Shown: positions 27,222 to 36,498 of the stretch, in pieces | Position numbering within the stretch: the stretch's first letter is position 1 | Layout: each line of letters starts with the position of its first letter | Origin: Candidatus Latescibacterota bacterium | GTDB taxonomy: Bacteria; Latescibacterota; UBA2968 | Length of the DNA: 64,000 nucleotides | Direction: 5' to 3' | NCBI GenBank assembly: GCA_965208125.1 | Contig: OZ242320.1 | Location: 2,272,001 to 2,336,000 of the forward strand | Position numbers and translations under genes: made by a program | The notes under the pieces: model-generated | The model's input: the letters and a program-made list of their open reading frames with translations, nothing else | Database searches by the model: none | Told to the model about the DNA's origin: nothing

Positions 27222-28331
27222 TCATGCACTCAAGTTCTCGTAATAGATTTTTTCCGATATCGCCGCCCAGCCGTTCATTTGTTTGCGAAATGCTTCAAAT
27301 GATTCATATACTTTTTTGCTCATGGCATCGGCTGCGACGAGTTCATCTACGACTTCTCCGGCGTATTTTTGAAGTGTGTTGAGGACTTCGTCGGGGAATC
27401 TTTTTAGTATGACGTTGTGGTCTTTTGTGAGGGTTTGCAGATGCGCATTGTTTTTGGCTTCAAATTCCGATAGTGCCCAGGCATTTGCGCGGGCGGCTGC
27501 GGTTCGCACAATGTCTTGCAGGTTTTTGGGCAGGGTCTGATATGCGGATTTGTTGATGATGAGTTCTATGACAGTGCCGGGTTCGTGCCAGCCGGGATAG
27601 TAATAGTATTTGGCGGCTTTGTAAAAGCCCATGAGTGTGTCGTGGTAGGGTCCGATCCATTCGGTTGCGTCGATGACGCCGCGTTCGAGGTTGGTGAAGA
27701 TTTCTGCTCCGGCTGATAATATTGCGGATCCGCCAGCTTTGGAGATGACTTTGCCGCCGAGGCCCGGGATGCGCATTTTGAGGCCCTGTAAGTCGCTTAC
27801 GGCGTTGATTTCGCGGTTGAACCAGCCGCCCATTTGTACGCCGCTGTTGCCTGCGGGGATGGGGATGAGGTTAAAGGGGGCGTAGAGTTCTTCCCATAAG
27901 GCGAGGCCTCCGCCGCTGGTGATCCAGGCGTTCATTTGTTGGGCGTTCATGCCAAAGGGGACAGAGGCAAAGAATTGGGTTGCCTGCGCTTTTCCCGCCC
28001 AGTAATACGCGGCGCCGTGACACATTTCCGCGGTTCCCGCACTTACTGCGTCAAAGCCTTCGAGGGGGGGGATGAGTTCGCCGCCGCCATAGACCTGTAT
28101 TTTGAGCTGGCCTTCGGACATTTCTTCTGCCCATTTGGCGATGTGTTCAGCGGATTCTCCCAGGATGGGGAAGTGCGGCGGCCAGGTTGTGACCATTTTC
28201 CATTCGTATTTTTTGCGCGTTTGTACAGCAGGTGCCCCGGTTTCCTGTGGGGATACACAGCCCGCCAGTAGTGCAGCACCACCGGCAAGGCCAGCTTTTT
28301 TCATGAAGTCGCGACGTTTTACTCGGTCCAT
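27222..28331 (-). CDS. dctP: TRAP transporter substrate-binding protein (TakP-like), Tat lipoprotein
   Basis: KRRDFMK Tat motif, LLAGC lipobox, WKMVTTWP, QMGGWF, LKMRIPG, YYPGWHEPG. Confidence 0.92.
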   Translation of the reverse strand: MDRVKRRDFMKKAGLAGGAALLAGCVSPQETGAPAVQTRKKYEWKMVTTWPPHFPILGESAEHIAKWAEEMSEGQLKIQVYGGGELIPPLEGFDAVSAGTAEMCHGAAYYWAGKAQATQFFASVPFGMNAQQMNAWITSGGGLALWEELYAPFNLIPIPAGNSGVQMGGWFNREINAVSDLQGLKMRIPGLGGKVISKAGGSAILSAGAEIFTNLERGVIDATEWIGPYHDTLMGFYKAAKYYYYPGWHEPGTVIELIINKSAYQTLPKNLQDIVRTAAARANAWALSEFEAKNNAHLQTLTKDHNVILKRFPDEVLNTLQKYAGEVVDELVAADAMSKKVYESFEAFRKQMNGWAAISEKIYYENLSA

Positions 28332-28420
28332 TGTGCCTCCGGTTTAATTGAGGGGTTTGTATAGATCAAAACAACGATGAGAAAAGTAAGTCGGCGAGGG
28401 CATGAAAAGCAAGAAAAATA

Positions 28421-28462
28421 AAAAAATCGGGCTTACCTGTTATGTTGGTAAGCCCGATTTTT
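28421..28462 (-). terminator. Intrinsic terminator downstream of the HicA-like gene
   Basis: AAAAAATCGGGCTTACC-loop-GGTAAGCCCGATTTTT. Confidence 0.8.
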
Positions 28463-28481
28463 GTGTTCCGCACTACACAGG

Positions 28482-28757
28482 TTATATAATTCCATTATTG
28501 AGCAGATGGTTGTAATAATCGGTTTTCGACATGTTGCATGATGCAATTTCCGTGTATTGTTTTGTTGAGATGTGCAGTTCACCGCAGAATAACCTTCTGA
28601 GAGTAGGTCCAATATCGCGATTATTGCGACTCACACGCGTTGTTACCTGTGGCTTTCCTTCATCATCCATAAGTATCCATCTTTCATGTTTCGTTCCGCC
28701 TTTTTTAACAAATCCGAGCTTTCCAAGCACCTTTCTTCGATGCTCTTGCAAGTTCAT
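28482..28757 (-). CDS. HicA-like toxin (putative)
   Basis: LGKLGF...GGTKHERWIL...TTRVSR...DIG pattern of a dsRBD-like HicA with a conserved His; ATGA overlap with the upstream gene; low GC. Confidence 0.6.
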   Translation of the reverse strand: MNLQEHRRKVLGKLGFVKKGGTKHERWILMDDEGKPQVTTRVSRNNRDIGPTLRRLFCGELHISTKQYTEIASCNMSKTDYYNHLLNNGII

Positions 28758-29176
28758 GTTTTGAAAACCTTTTTCAAGAATTTATGTCGTTTTTTCAGGT
28801 ACAAAGAGACGTTGTTTTTGTATTCTTCCATGATTTGAAAATCGTCAAGCACAACCTCTGCTAAATTGTCCAAAGCATCTTCCATATTACCACCATCGCT
28901 ATCCGCAATAATACTCGGAAAATCCTTAAAGTACACCACCCATCCATCTACAAACTCTTCAAAAACAAGAGGCCATTGTCCAGTAATTAATGGCAAATCA
29001 ATTTGGAATGTATTGACCGGCTGTTCAGTGTTTTTTAATACTTTTTCACTCATTCCTTCTGTAATACCAGGAAAGCTAAACGCTTTATGTTTTTCGTCAA
29101 ATCGACCCCTCCAACAATGATAAAGCAATCGAGAAGCAGCTTCTTTCTCTGGTAGCTTCACCGCAGTTGCAGACAT
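28754..29176 (-). CDS. HicB-like antitoxin (putative)
   Basis: LVFEEFVDGWVVYFKDFPSIIADSDGGNMEDALDNLAEVV resembles the HicB partial RNase H fold; GAGGAG SD; low GC. Confidence 0.55.
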   Translation of the reverse strand: MSATAVKLPEKEAASRLLYHCWRGRFDEKHKAFSFPGITEGMSEKVLKNTEQPVNTFQIDLPLITGQWPLVFEEFVDGWVVYFKDFPSIIADSDGGNMEDALDNLAEVVLDDFQIMEEYKNNVSLYLKKRHKFLKKVFKT

Positions 29177-29360
29177 GTTAATCTCCTCTTGTGGCGGATA
29201 AAAAATTTAGAGGATTTCTTGCTCTGAGTGCTCAAATGGGCCAGTTACCGCTATTCTCCTTTGAAAGAATATCTCTTTTAGTCAAGTAAGGCAACCCATT
29301 TTTTACGCTGAATAATGCTTAGGGTGTATTATATGTAATTCCCAAATTTTTTGCCCGCTC

Positions 29361-29390
29361 TTGACAAATGTAACCTTTTATGGTTACACT
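29361..29390 (+). promoter_or_regulatory. Sigma70 promoter with an overlapping palindromic operator
   Basis: TTGACA-18 nt-TACACT; TGTAACC-N6-GGTTACA at 29369-29388. Confidence 0.7.
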
Positions 29391-29433
29391 TGAGAATAAA
29401 ATATATATGAGAATTGCAAGATAGAGGTGCGTT

Positions 29434-29904
29434 TTGAAAATTAGAAGAGTTGTGCCGAATAATCGGAAGAAGGTTTTTGAGGTTTACACGTATAATAATA
29501 CCTATGTGTTTCCCTATGCGGTTGTGCGACCAATACCGCAAAAAGGATGCTGGGTTGTCAATGTTTATGTCGATCCGGAGTTGGACAATGAGGGGTTTGT
29601 CTATGTGCTCGCTTCCGGGGATGAGGGGACCGTTCATATCGATCATGTGCTCGAATACAATCGCGATCCCGGCTATATGGCAGATTTGTTGCTCTATGAG
29701 TTGACGTGTCGGGTTCGGGAGGCTGTCGAGAGGTCGCCGTTGAGTACCCGTGAGATTATTCGTCGGCTGGGCACTTCGCCCGCGCAGTACTACCGTCTTC
29801 TGGATCAGACCAATTATCGAAAATCTGTTCGGCAAATGTTCGCGTTATTTCATATTGTGAACTGTAAGGTCGAGTTTGTCGTAGAAGCTGATGTTACGCA
29901 TTGA
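29434..29904 (+). CDS. Antitoxin-like regulator with C-terminal HTH
   Basis: GAGGTG SD and TTG start; LSTREIIRRLGTSPAQYYRLLD HTH; N-terminal beta domain. Confidence 0.7.
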   Translation: MKIRRVVPNNRKKVFEVYTYNNTYVFPYAVVRPIPQKGCWVVNVYVDPELDNEGFVYVLASGDEGTVHIDHVLEYNRDPGYMADLLLYELTCRVREAVERSPLSTREIIRRLGTSPAQYYRLLDQTNYRKSVRQMFALFHIVNCKVEFVVEADVTH

Positions 29905-29976
29905 AAAAATAAAAAAGTTTGAACCTTTTGACACAACAGGTGTATGCAATAGTTAGAGACGCGCAGTAAATCACGC

Positions 29977-30579
29977 ATGGTTTGGTTTTTTATGTTCCTG
30001 ATAAAATACCACACGCTTTCCGATGAAAAGCTCATGGCCCGCATTCAGCGGGGCGATGCGGCCGCTTTTGACGAACTCTATGCCCGATATAGCAAGCGCC
30101 TGCTTTACTATTTTTTTCGCATGCTGGGAGGGGACGAGGAGAAGGCGCAGGATTTTCTTCAGGATTTGTTTTTGAAGATTGTCGAGAAGCCCACCCGTTT
30201 TAAGCGGGGGAATGCGTTTGCGTCCTGGCTTTATACGGTTGCACACAATATGTGCAAGAATGAGTATCGCAAGCAGAGTGTGCGGAAGGTTGTGGTTAAT
30301 GATCCCGATATCGATATGCATTGTGGCTGGGTTGATGGTGCTTATGCCATAGAAAAGGCGTGCGATGAACGGGCTTTTCTAAGTGCGCTGATGGATGAGC
30401 TGGATAAGCTCAGTGTGGATCATCGCACGACGTTTTTGTTGCGGCATCAGGAGTGTCGCAGTATTCGAGAGATTAGCGAGATTCTCGCGTGTCCGGAGGG
30501 GACGGTGAAATCGAGGCTGCACCATGTTACGCAGAAGCTGGCAGAGAGACTTCAGGGACGAAATTCCCTGTGTGGATGA
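29977..30579 (+). CDS. ECF RNA polymerase sigma factor
   Basis: SDEKLM, AFDELY, AQDFLQDLF, FASWLYTVAHN, EISEIL...GTVKSRLH; exact start uncertain. Confidence 0.92.
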   Translation: MVWFFMFLIKYHTLSDEKLMARIQRGDAAAFDELYARYSKRLLYYFFRMLGGDEEKAQDFLQDLFLKIVEKPTRFKRGNAFASWLYTVAHNMCKNEYRKQSVRKVVVNDPDIDMHCGWVDGAYAIEKACDERAFLSALMDELDKLSVDHRTTFLLRHQECRSIREISEILACPEGTVKSRLHHVTQKLAERLQGRNSLCG

Positions 30580-30589
30580 GGAGATGGAT

Positions 30590-31000
30590 ATGAAGCGGGT
30601 TATTCCGTTTAAAAAGAAAGAGAATGTGGATGGGATGTTGAGTCAGGCGCTTGCGGTTCCCAGGTCCGGCGGTCTTGAACCCGATCCGGCGATTCGCAAT
30701 GCTGTTGTTGCCCGGATGTCTGCGCGAGATCGCGGTGGGTTCAATGTGTTGCGTTCTTTCAGGTTCTCGGTGCGCTGGCCCGTTTATCAGATGGCTTTTG
30801 CGATGGGGATTGTTCTGTTTGCTGTTTTGGGTATCCGCAATTCGCAGCCCGATCCTGTGACGGCACAACCTTCCACGTCCCCAGGTGCTGTTATGGATAC
30901 GAGCCGGACCGATTCTCCCCGGGTTTCGTTTTCAGATACGCTCTCACAACGCGCTATTACCACTATTTTTTCCGCTTCGAGTCCTGTGGATAGTCTTTGA
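30590..31000 (+). CDS. Putative single-TM anti-sigma factor
   Basis: Directly follows the ECF gene with GAGGAG SD; one TM segment (MAFAMGIVLFAVLGI) and a Ser/Thr/Pro-rich tail. Confidence 0.65.
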   Translation: MKRVIPFKKKENVDGMLSQALAVPRSGGLEPDPAIRNAVVARMSARDRGGFNVLRSFRFSVRWPVYQMAFAMGIVLFAVLGIRNSQPDPVTAQPSTSPGAVMDTSRTDSPRVSFSDTLSQRAITTIFSASSPVDSL

Positions 31001-31001
31001 T

Positions 31002-32099
31002 TTAGAAGACGATCAGGCCTCGCGCGACTTCTCCAGCGGCCAGGGCGTCAAATGCTTCGTTTGCGCCTTCGAGGTCGAATCGCCGGGTTACGAGTTCGTC
31101 GATTTTTAGTTTTCCAGCGAGGTAGAGTTCTACCATGCGCGGAAAGTCGTCATAGATTCTCGCACTTCCATACCTACAGCCGCGCAGGATGCGTTCGTTG
31201 GACTGGAGGCTGCCGGTGTCAAATGTGACGGTGGAACCGGTGGGAGGCAGGCCGATGAGCAAGCACTGGCCCCTGGATGCGAGACAGTCCCAGGCTTGAT
31301 TGATGACTTGCGCGTTGCCGACTGCGACAAATGAATAATCCGCGCCGCGTCCGGTGAGGTCTTTTATGGCTTCGACCGGATTTTCTTTGCTGGCGTCTAT
31401 GGTGTGTGTCGCGCCAAAGGATTTCGCGTATTCCAGTTTGGCGGGGTTGATATCGACTGCTATGATGGGGTGTGCCTGTACCAGGGTTCCGCCCTGTATG
31501 ACGTTGAGGCCAATTCCCCCGGTGCCGAATACGGCCATGCTCGCTCCGGGCGTTACGGCTGCTGTGTTGATGACGGAGCCTACGCCGGTCATGACCGAGC
31601 AGCCGATTAAGGCGGCTACTTCGAGGGGCATGTCTTCCCGGATGGGGACGGCACAGGAGGCGGGCATGACGGAGTATGAGGCGTAGCTACACGCGGGTCC
31701 GTAATGGTACACGGTTTGGCCTTTTATTTTCATTCTGGATGTGCCGTCCATTAATACGCCTTTGCCCGGTGGGATGCGTTCACACAGGTGCGATAGTCCG
31801 GTTGCGCAGTAGTGACAGCGCCCGCATGTCGATGCCCAGGATAGGATGACGTGGTCGCCGGGTTTTACGTGTCGAACGCCGGGTCCCACTTCTTCGACGA
31901 TTCCAGCCCCTTCATCGCCCAATACCATTGGCATGGGAAATCCGGTCCAGCTGCCATCTACGACGTGCAAACAACTGTGACATACGCCAGTGGCGGTCAT
32001 GCGTACCATGACTTCGTCTTCTTTCGGTCCTTCCAGGTCCAGGTCCGCTACTTCCAGCGGCCTTCCCGGTTCATAGAGTAGTGATGCTTGCATTTTCAT
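31002..32099 (-). CDS. Zn-dependent alcohol dehydrogenase (class III-like)
   Basis: GVCHS, LGDEGAG, CGRCHYC...C, GCSVMTG, GTGGIG; AGGAG SD before MKMQA. Confidence 0.92.
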   Translation of the reverse strand: MKMQASLLYEPGRPLEVADLDLEGPKEDEVMVRMTATGVCHSCLHVVDGSWTGFPMPMVLGDEGAGIVEEVGPGVRHVKPGDHVILSWASTCGRCHYCATGLSHLCERIPPGKGVLMDGTSRMKIKGQTVYHYGPACSYASYSVMPASCAVPIREDMPLEVAALIGCSVMTGVGSVINTAAVTPGASMAVFGTGGIGLNVIQGGTLVQAHPIIAVDINPAKLEYAKSFGATHTIDASKENPVEAIKDLTGRGADYSFVAVGNAQVINQAWDCLASRGQCLLIGLPPTGSTVTFDTGSLQSNERILRGCRYGSARIYDDFPRMVELYLAGKLKIDELVTRRFDLEGANEAFDALAAGEVARGLIVF

Positions 32100-32115
32100 G
32101 GGGTGTCTCCTTTTT

Positions 32116-32262
32116 GTAGGGGCGACCCCCTGTGGTCGCCCGGTGACTGTCGGCACGGCACGGGGGCCGTCTCCTACAATTACACACGATCATTACCTGT
32201 AGGGACAACCCCCTGTGGTTGTCCGGCGTTCTTACGGGACGGCACGGGGGCCGGTCCCCTAC
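32116..32262. repeat. Cluster of four GTAG REPs (two inverted pairs); the last one supplies the sulfatase stop codon
   Basis: Direct reading. Confidence 0.85.
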
Positions 32263-33590
32263 ACCATAACCTCCGGTTCCTCATTCGGCGAGCGTCCGTC
32301 GGAATTGTTGACCTGAGAGCCACCCGGTGCGGCGATGTACCCATCTGGCAAGAGGGGGTCATTCGTTTCTTCCATCCATGCGTGCAATCGATGGCTCAGG
32401 TCCTTCCGCACAGGTGCCATGTCTTCCCGGTCGATGATGTTGTGCGTTTCATCGGGGTCGAATATGAGGTCGTACAACATTTCCTGGTCGCGCGGCAATT
32501 TTTCCCAGTTTTGTTCGAGTAAGAACGCTTTTGTGGGTGTGTCATCGACGTTGGGCAATACGAGTTTGTCGCGGTTGTCGTATCGCCGAATATATTTGTA
32601 TCGCGCCGTGCGGATGCTGCGCATGGGTTCGTACGCGGCGTGATACGTGACTTCTGAAAAGATTTCTTCCCGATGGCGGTCTTCATTTATCAGGGGGTGT
32701 AGCGGTTTTCCCTGTACGTGGTCGGGTATTTCAATGCCGGAAGCGCGATATGCAGTGGGTAATAGGTCCATTAAGCTGACCATCGCGTTTATGACTTTTC
32801 CGCCTTCAAATCCGCCCGGTCCGCGTATGATGAGGTACACGCCGATGCCGTGGTCTGTCAGGTTGCACATGTTGCGCGGAAATTGCAGGCCGTGGTCGGC
32901 AAAGCAGAATACGAGGGTGTTGTCGGATAGGCCGGTTTCTTCGAGTGCTGCGAGTACGTTGCCGTAGTGGTTGTCCATGATGCGCGCAGAGGCTTTGTAG
33001 TCGGCTGTGTCTGACCGGGTTTCCGGTGTGTCGGGCAGGGGACGAGGTGGGGTGCAGTATTGTTCGCGTTCTGCGGGGTATTTGTCGGGTTCGGCACTGT
33101 GAAATGGTCGGTGTGTTTCGTTTAGGCCGAGGTTGAGGAAGAAGGGTTGTTGGGGTGCGTTTTTTATGAAATCTACGACGGCATCGGCGGGTTCGATCCA
33201 TTTGGGCTGTCCGGGGTAATTTGTGTCCAGTCCGGAGAGGATTTCGTCATATCCAATTGTGTCCAGGTCCGGCGCGGTGTGTTCTACGCCAGCGGTTGCG
33301 GTGAAGTAGCCATTTGTTTTAAAGATGCGGGCGGCATGCCAGTCGTAATTCGTCATGGCAAAGCCGCGGTGTGCAAGTCCTGTCATGCCACATGTATGGG
33401 GGTACATGCCGGTTAAGAAGCTGGCTCTGCTGGGCGAACAGGTGGGGGCTGTGGCATACGCCCGCCGAAATAGTACGCCTTGTTCTGCCAATCGCTGTAG
33501 ATGCGGCGTTGGTACGGCGTGTCCATAGGGTTCAATATAGGTTCCCGTGTTGTGCGAGTGCATAAATAAGATGTTTGGTCGTTCTGTCAT
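32259..33590 (-). CDS. Sulfatase (Cys-type; sulfamidase-like)
   Basis: PNILFMH, CSPSRASFLTG, HRPF, ADHG. Confidence 0.92.
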   Translation of the reverse strand: MTERPNILFMHSHNTGTYIEPYGHAVPTPHLQRLAEQGVLFRRAYATAPTCSPSRASFLTGMYPHTCGMTGLAHRGFAMTNYDWHAARIFKTNGYFTATAGVEHTAPDLDTIGYDEILSGLDTNYPGQPKWIEPADAVVDFIKNAPQQPFFLNLGLNETHRPFHSAEPDKYPAEREQYCTPPRPLPDTPETRSDTADYKASARIMDNHYGNVLAALEETGLSDNTLVFCFADHGLQFPRNMCNLTDHGIGVYLIIRGPGGFEGGKVINAMVSLMDLLPTAYRASGIEIPDHVQGKPLHPLINEDRHREEIFSEVTYHAAYEPMRSIRTARYKYIRRYDNRDKLVLPNVDDTPTKAFLLEQNWEKLPRDQEMLYDLIFDPDETHNIIDREDMAPVRKDLSHRLHAWMEETNDPLLPDGYIAAPGGSQVNNSDGRSPNEEPEVMV

Positions 33591-33682
33591 AAAACCTTCC
33601 TTGTCGCGGGTCTTGTTTGTTTATATCTTAATCCGCCCATTGTAATGGATTTCTCACGAGATTGAAATAGTTTTTTTTTGTT

Positions 33683-34168
33683 ATGGATATCCACCCTCTT
33701 GTTGCACATTTTCCCATTGCATTGCTGATCGTTGGCGTTGTTTGCGATGCGATTGGCATATTGCGTCATCGCGATTTTTTTGTGAGAGTGGGGTTTTTGC
33801 TCTTTTCGCTCGGTGCTTTGACCGCGATTCCAGTCGCGCTTACCGGGGATAGTGCTGCGGAGGTTGCACAACATATCAATGGTATTGCCGCAGATTTAGA
33901 GGATCACGATACGCTGGGTACGGTTACGACGTTTATAGCTGTTGCTCTGGTGCTGGTGCGCACGCATTTTGTTTTGAGAAAGAAATTTGTCGGGTTTGTT
34001 CGCTATGTGTATCTCGTTTTCGGTCTTGTTACCGCGGGTCTGGTGTGCGCGGCGGGATATACGGGTGGGCATCTGGTTTTTTTTTACGGCGCTGGAACAA
34101 AGTCCGTCACGTCGCAGATTGAGTTGGAAAAGCGCGTGCCGCGAGTCGATAAATTTGAGAGCAAATAG
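33683..34168 (+). CDS. DUF2231-like membrane protein
   Basis: HPLVAHFPIALL, ALTG, GYTGGHLV...G motifs. Confidence 0.8.
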   Translation: MDIHPLVAHFPIALLIVGVVCDAIGILRHRDFFVRVGFLLFSLGALTAIPVALTGDSAAEVAQHINGIAADLEDHDTLGTVTTFIAVALVLVRTHFVLRKKFVGFVRYVYLVFGLVTAGLVCAAGYTGGHLVFFYGAGTKSVTSQIELEKRVPRVDKFESK

Positions 34169-34175
34169 AGACAAT

Positions 34176-34886
34176 ATGCCGATTTATCTCAAAAATCCGC
34201 ACAGTATTCTGGCTGTGCTGAAAAAGCGTCCGCAGGATGTTTTCGAGATTCGATTGCCTGCCAAACAGGGCGGTGGCGCGTGGGAAACTGTGCGGGAGCG
34301 GGCAGAGGAGGTCGGTGTGCGCGTGTTTTTTGGGCGGGGAGAACAGGGGGCTGCGCGGCAGGGTCGGTCTCGTGGAGGAGACGCTGAAGCTGCGGTTAAA
34401 GAACATCCGGGTTGTAATCTCGCGGATCTGTTTGCCGATAATGCGGGTCTTTTTTTGGCGCTGGATACGGTGCAGGATCCGCAAAATCTGGGGGCGATTT
34501 TTCGCTCTGCGGCTTTTTTTGGGGTGCGCGGTGTTTTGCTTACCCGAGATCGTTCCGCTTCGATGACGGGCGCGGTGTACGATGTTGCTTCGGGGGGTGT
34601 CGAGTATGTTCCGTTTTCTGTTCAGACGAATCTGAGCCGGGCGTTGGATGTGGCGAAGGATGCGGGGTTGTGGGTTTTGGGGACTTCTGAGCATGCGGAG
34701 AAGGATTTGAGCGCGTTTTCGGCAGATCGTTCCTGGCTTCTGGTGCTGGGGAATGAGGAGAGCGGTATGAGACGCCTTACGCGCGATAAGTGCGATGAGT
34801 TATGCCGCATTGTCCCTCGCGGTGCAATCGGGTCTCTGAATGTGTCTGCCGCCGCCGCGATTTGTATGTATCATTTTCAGAAGTGA
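34176..34886 (+). CDS. TrmH/SpoU (RlmB-like) RNA 2'-O-methyltransferase
   Basis: LDTVQDPQNLGAIFRSA, LVLGNEESG, SLNVSAA. Confidence 0.9.
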   Translation: MPIYLKNPHSILAVLKKRPQDVFEIRLPAKQGGGAWETVRERAEEVGVRVFFGRGEQGAARQGRSRGGDAEAAVKEHPGCNLADLFADNAGLFLALDTVQDPQNLGAIFRSAAFFGVRGVLLTRDRSASMTGAVYDVASGGVEYVPFSVQTNLSRALDVAKDAGLWVLGTSEHAEKDLSAFSADRSWLLVLGNEESGMRRLTRDKCDELCRIVPRGAIGSLNVSAAAAICMYHFQK

Positions 34887-34901
34887 TAAAAGGAGATTGC
34901 G

Positions 34902-36470
34902 ATGCCGGATGACAAACCCAAAATGCCATTGTTTATTGGCTTTGGGTTTTTGTTTTTCGCAATACTCGTCGAAATGATCGCAATATTGCGACTCAATAAT
35001 GGTTTTTTTGTCTATACGCTCGATGATCCGTACATTCACATGGCTCTGGCAGAACAGATAAAAGAGGGACATTATGGCGTTAATTCAGGCGAATTTTCTG
35101 CGCCATCATCCAGCATTTTATGGCCGTTTCTTATCGCTCCTTTTGCTTCTTTCGAGTGTTTTCCCCTGCTGGTCAATAGTGCTTCTGCGATGCTGACGGT
35201 GTTTGTTTTTTTTCAAATTTTGAATTTGTCATTCAGGATCAGCGACGAGCGCATCAAAGCGATTTTTATATCTTTGTTGTTAATATTACTTATCCTGGGG
35301 ACAAATACAATCGGGCTGATTTTTACGGGCATGGAACACTCACTGCAACTCTTGCTCGTTACAGCAGTGGCTTTGGGGTTGATTGTTGAAGGCAAAAAAA
35401 ACAAAGTAGAACCGTGGTTTTTGGTTGCATTAGCGGCTGCACCTCTGATTCGTTATGAAAATACAGCGATTGCACTCGCAGCGCTCAGTTATCTCTTTGT
35501 GTGCAAATATTACAAAAGAGCAACGTCTGTTTTGTTGTTTATTGTCGTCCTCGTCGGTGGGTTTTCGATTTTTCTCACCCAATTGGGTCTGAGTCCATTG
35601 CCTGCGTCAGTTGTGCTCAAATCATCCGTTGTGGCGAGTGGCGGAAAGCTCTATTCGTTTGTCGGTCATTTAAAGTACAGTCTCACTGAGATAAAAGGCG
35701 TTTTGCTGTCTCTGGGGGGATTGGGGCTTTTGTGTTATGTTTTGTTTTGTAAGGAAAAGAATAAAACACACTTATTAGCGGTTGTCACTCTGTTTGCACT
35801 GGTTATACATTTACTCGCGGGACGCTATGGCTGGTATAACAGGTACGAAGTTTATATATGGTCATTTTCGTTGTTAATATTTTTTTATTTGCTGGGCAAT
35901 CTTCTGACAAAACTTTTGGAGGGAGACAGCAGGCATAGTCATTTGATTAAGGTGATCATCGTAGCTATCGGTTTTGTGATTGTCACCAGCCCGCGCTATA
36001 TTAGCGATTTATTTTTTTTGCCAATTGCTGCCAATAATATATATGAGCAGCACTATCAGATGCACCGTTTTGCCGTTCATTACCACAAGAAGCCGGTGGC
36101 TGTGAATGATTTGGGGTATGTGTCTTATAAGAACGACAATTATGTGCTGGATTTGTGGGGTCTGGCATCTCGAGAGGCACTTGTACACAGAAAGAGCAAT
36201 CGAGGTTCAGAATGGCTGAATGCGTTGGCAAAATCAAGGGATGTTGAGTTGGCTATGATTTATGAACCGTGGTTTAACACTCTGCCCGATGATTGGATCA
36301 AAATAGGAGAGTTGCATTTGGGAAAGAGGCCGATAACCCCCGCTTCTGGTACGGTCTCATTTTATGCAATGAACCGGAGTGCCTATATTGAAATTGTGGC
36401 AAAGTTACAGGCTTTTGTAAAAACATTACCCCCTCGTGTTGAATTCGCTTTTGCAGATCATATCAATTGA
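34902..36470 (+). CDS. Polytopic membrane protein, GT-C-like glycosyltransferase candidate
   Basis: YTLDDPYIH in the first loop, SSILWP, GMEH, many TM segments, DLGY...DLWGL; lower GC than neighbours. Confidence 0.6.
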   Translation: MPDDKPKMPLFIGFGFLFFAILVEMIAILRLNNGFFVYTLDDPYIHMALAEQIKEGHYGVNSGEFSAPSSSILWPFLIAPFASFECFPLLVNSASAMLTVFVFFQILNLSFRISDERIKAIFISLLLILLILGTNTIGLIFTGMEHSLQLLLVTAVALGLIVEGKKNKVEPWFLVALAAAPLIRYENTAIALAALSYLFVCKYYKRATSVLLFIVVLVGGFSIFLTQLGLSPLPASVVLKSSVVASGGKLYSFVGHLKYSLTEIKGVLLSLGGLGLLCYVLFCKEKNKTHLLAVVTLFALVIHLLAGRYGWYNRYEVYIWSFSLLIFFYLLGNLLTKLLEGDSRHSHLIKVIIVAIGFVIVTSPRYISDLFFLPIAANNIYEQHYQMHRFAVHYHKKPVAVNDLGYVSYKNDNYVLDLWGLASREALVHRKSNRGSEWLNALAKSRDVELAMIYEPWFNTLPDDWIKIGELHLGKRPITPASGTVSFYAMNRSAYIEIVAKLQAFVKTLPPRVEFAFADHIN

Positions 36471-36498
36471 CAACGTGTTTCACTATAAGGAGATTACA

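Noticed and set aside
29921-29950. Possible autoregulatory ECF promoter (GAACC...)
   Set aside because: The -35-like motif is plausible but no convincing -10 element can be assigned without knowing the ECF group
34902-36470. Low-GC membrane gene as part of a mobile island
   Set aside because: Single gene with no flanking repeats, integrase or tRNA; only a compositional hint
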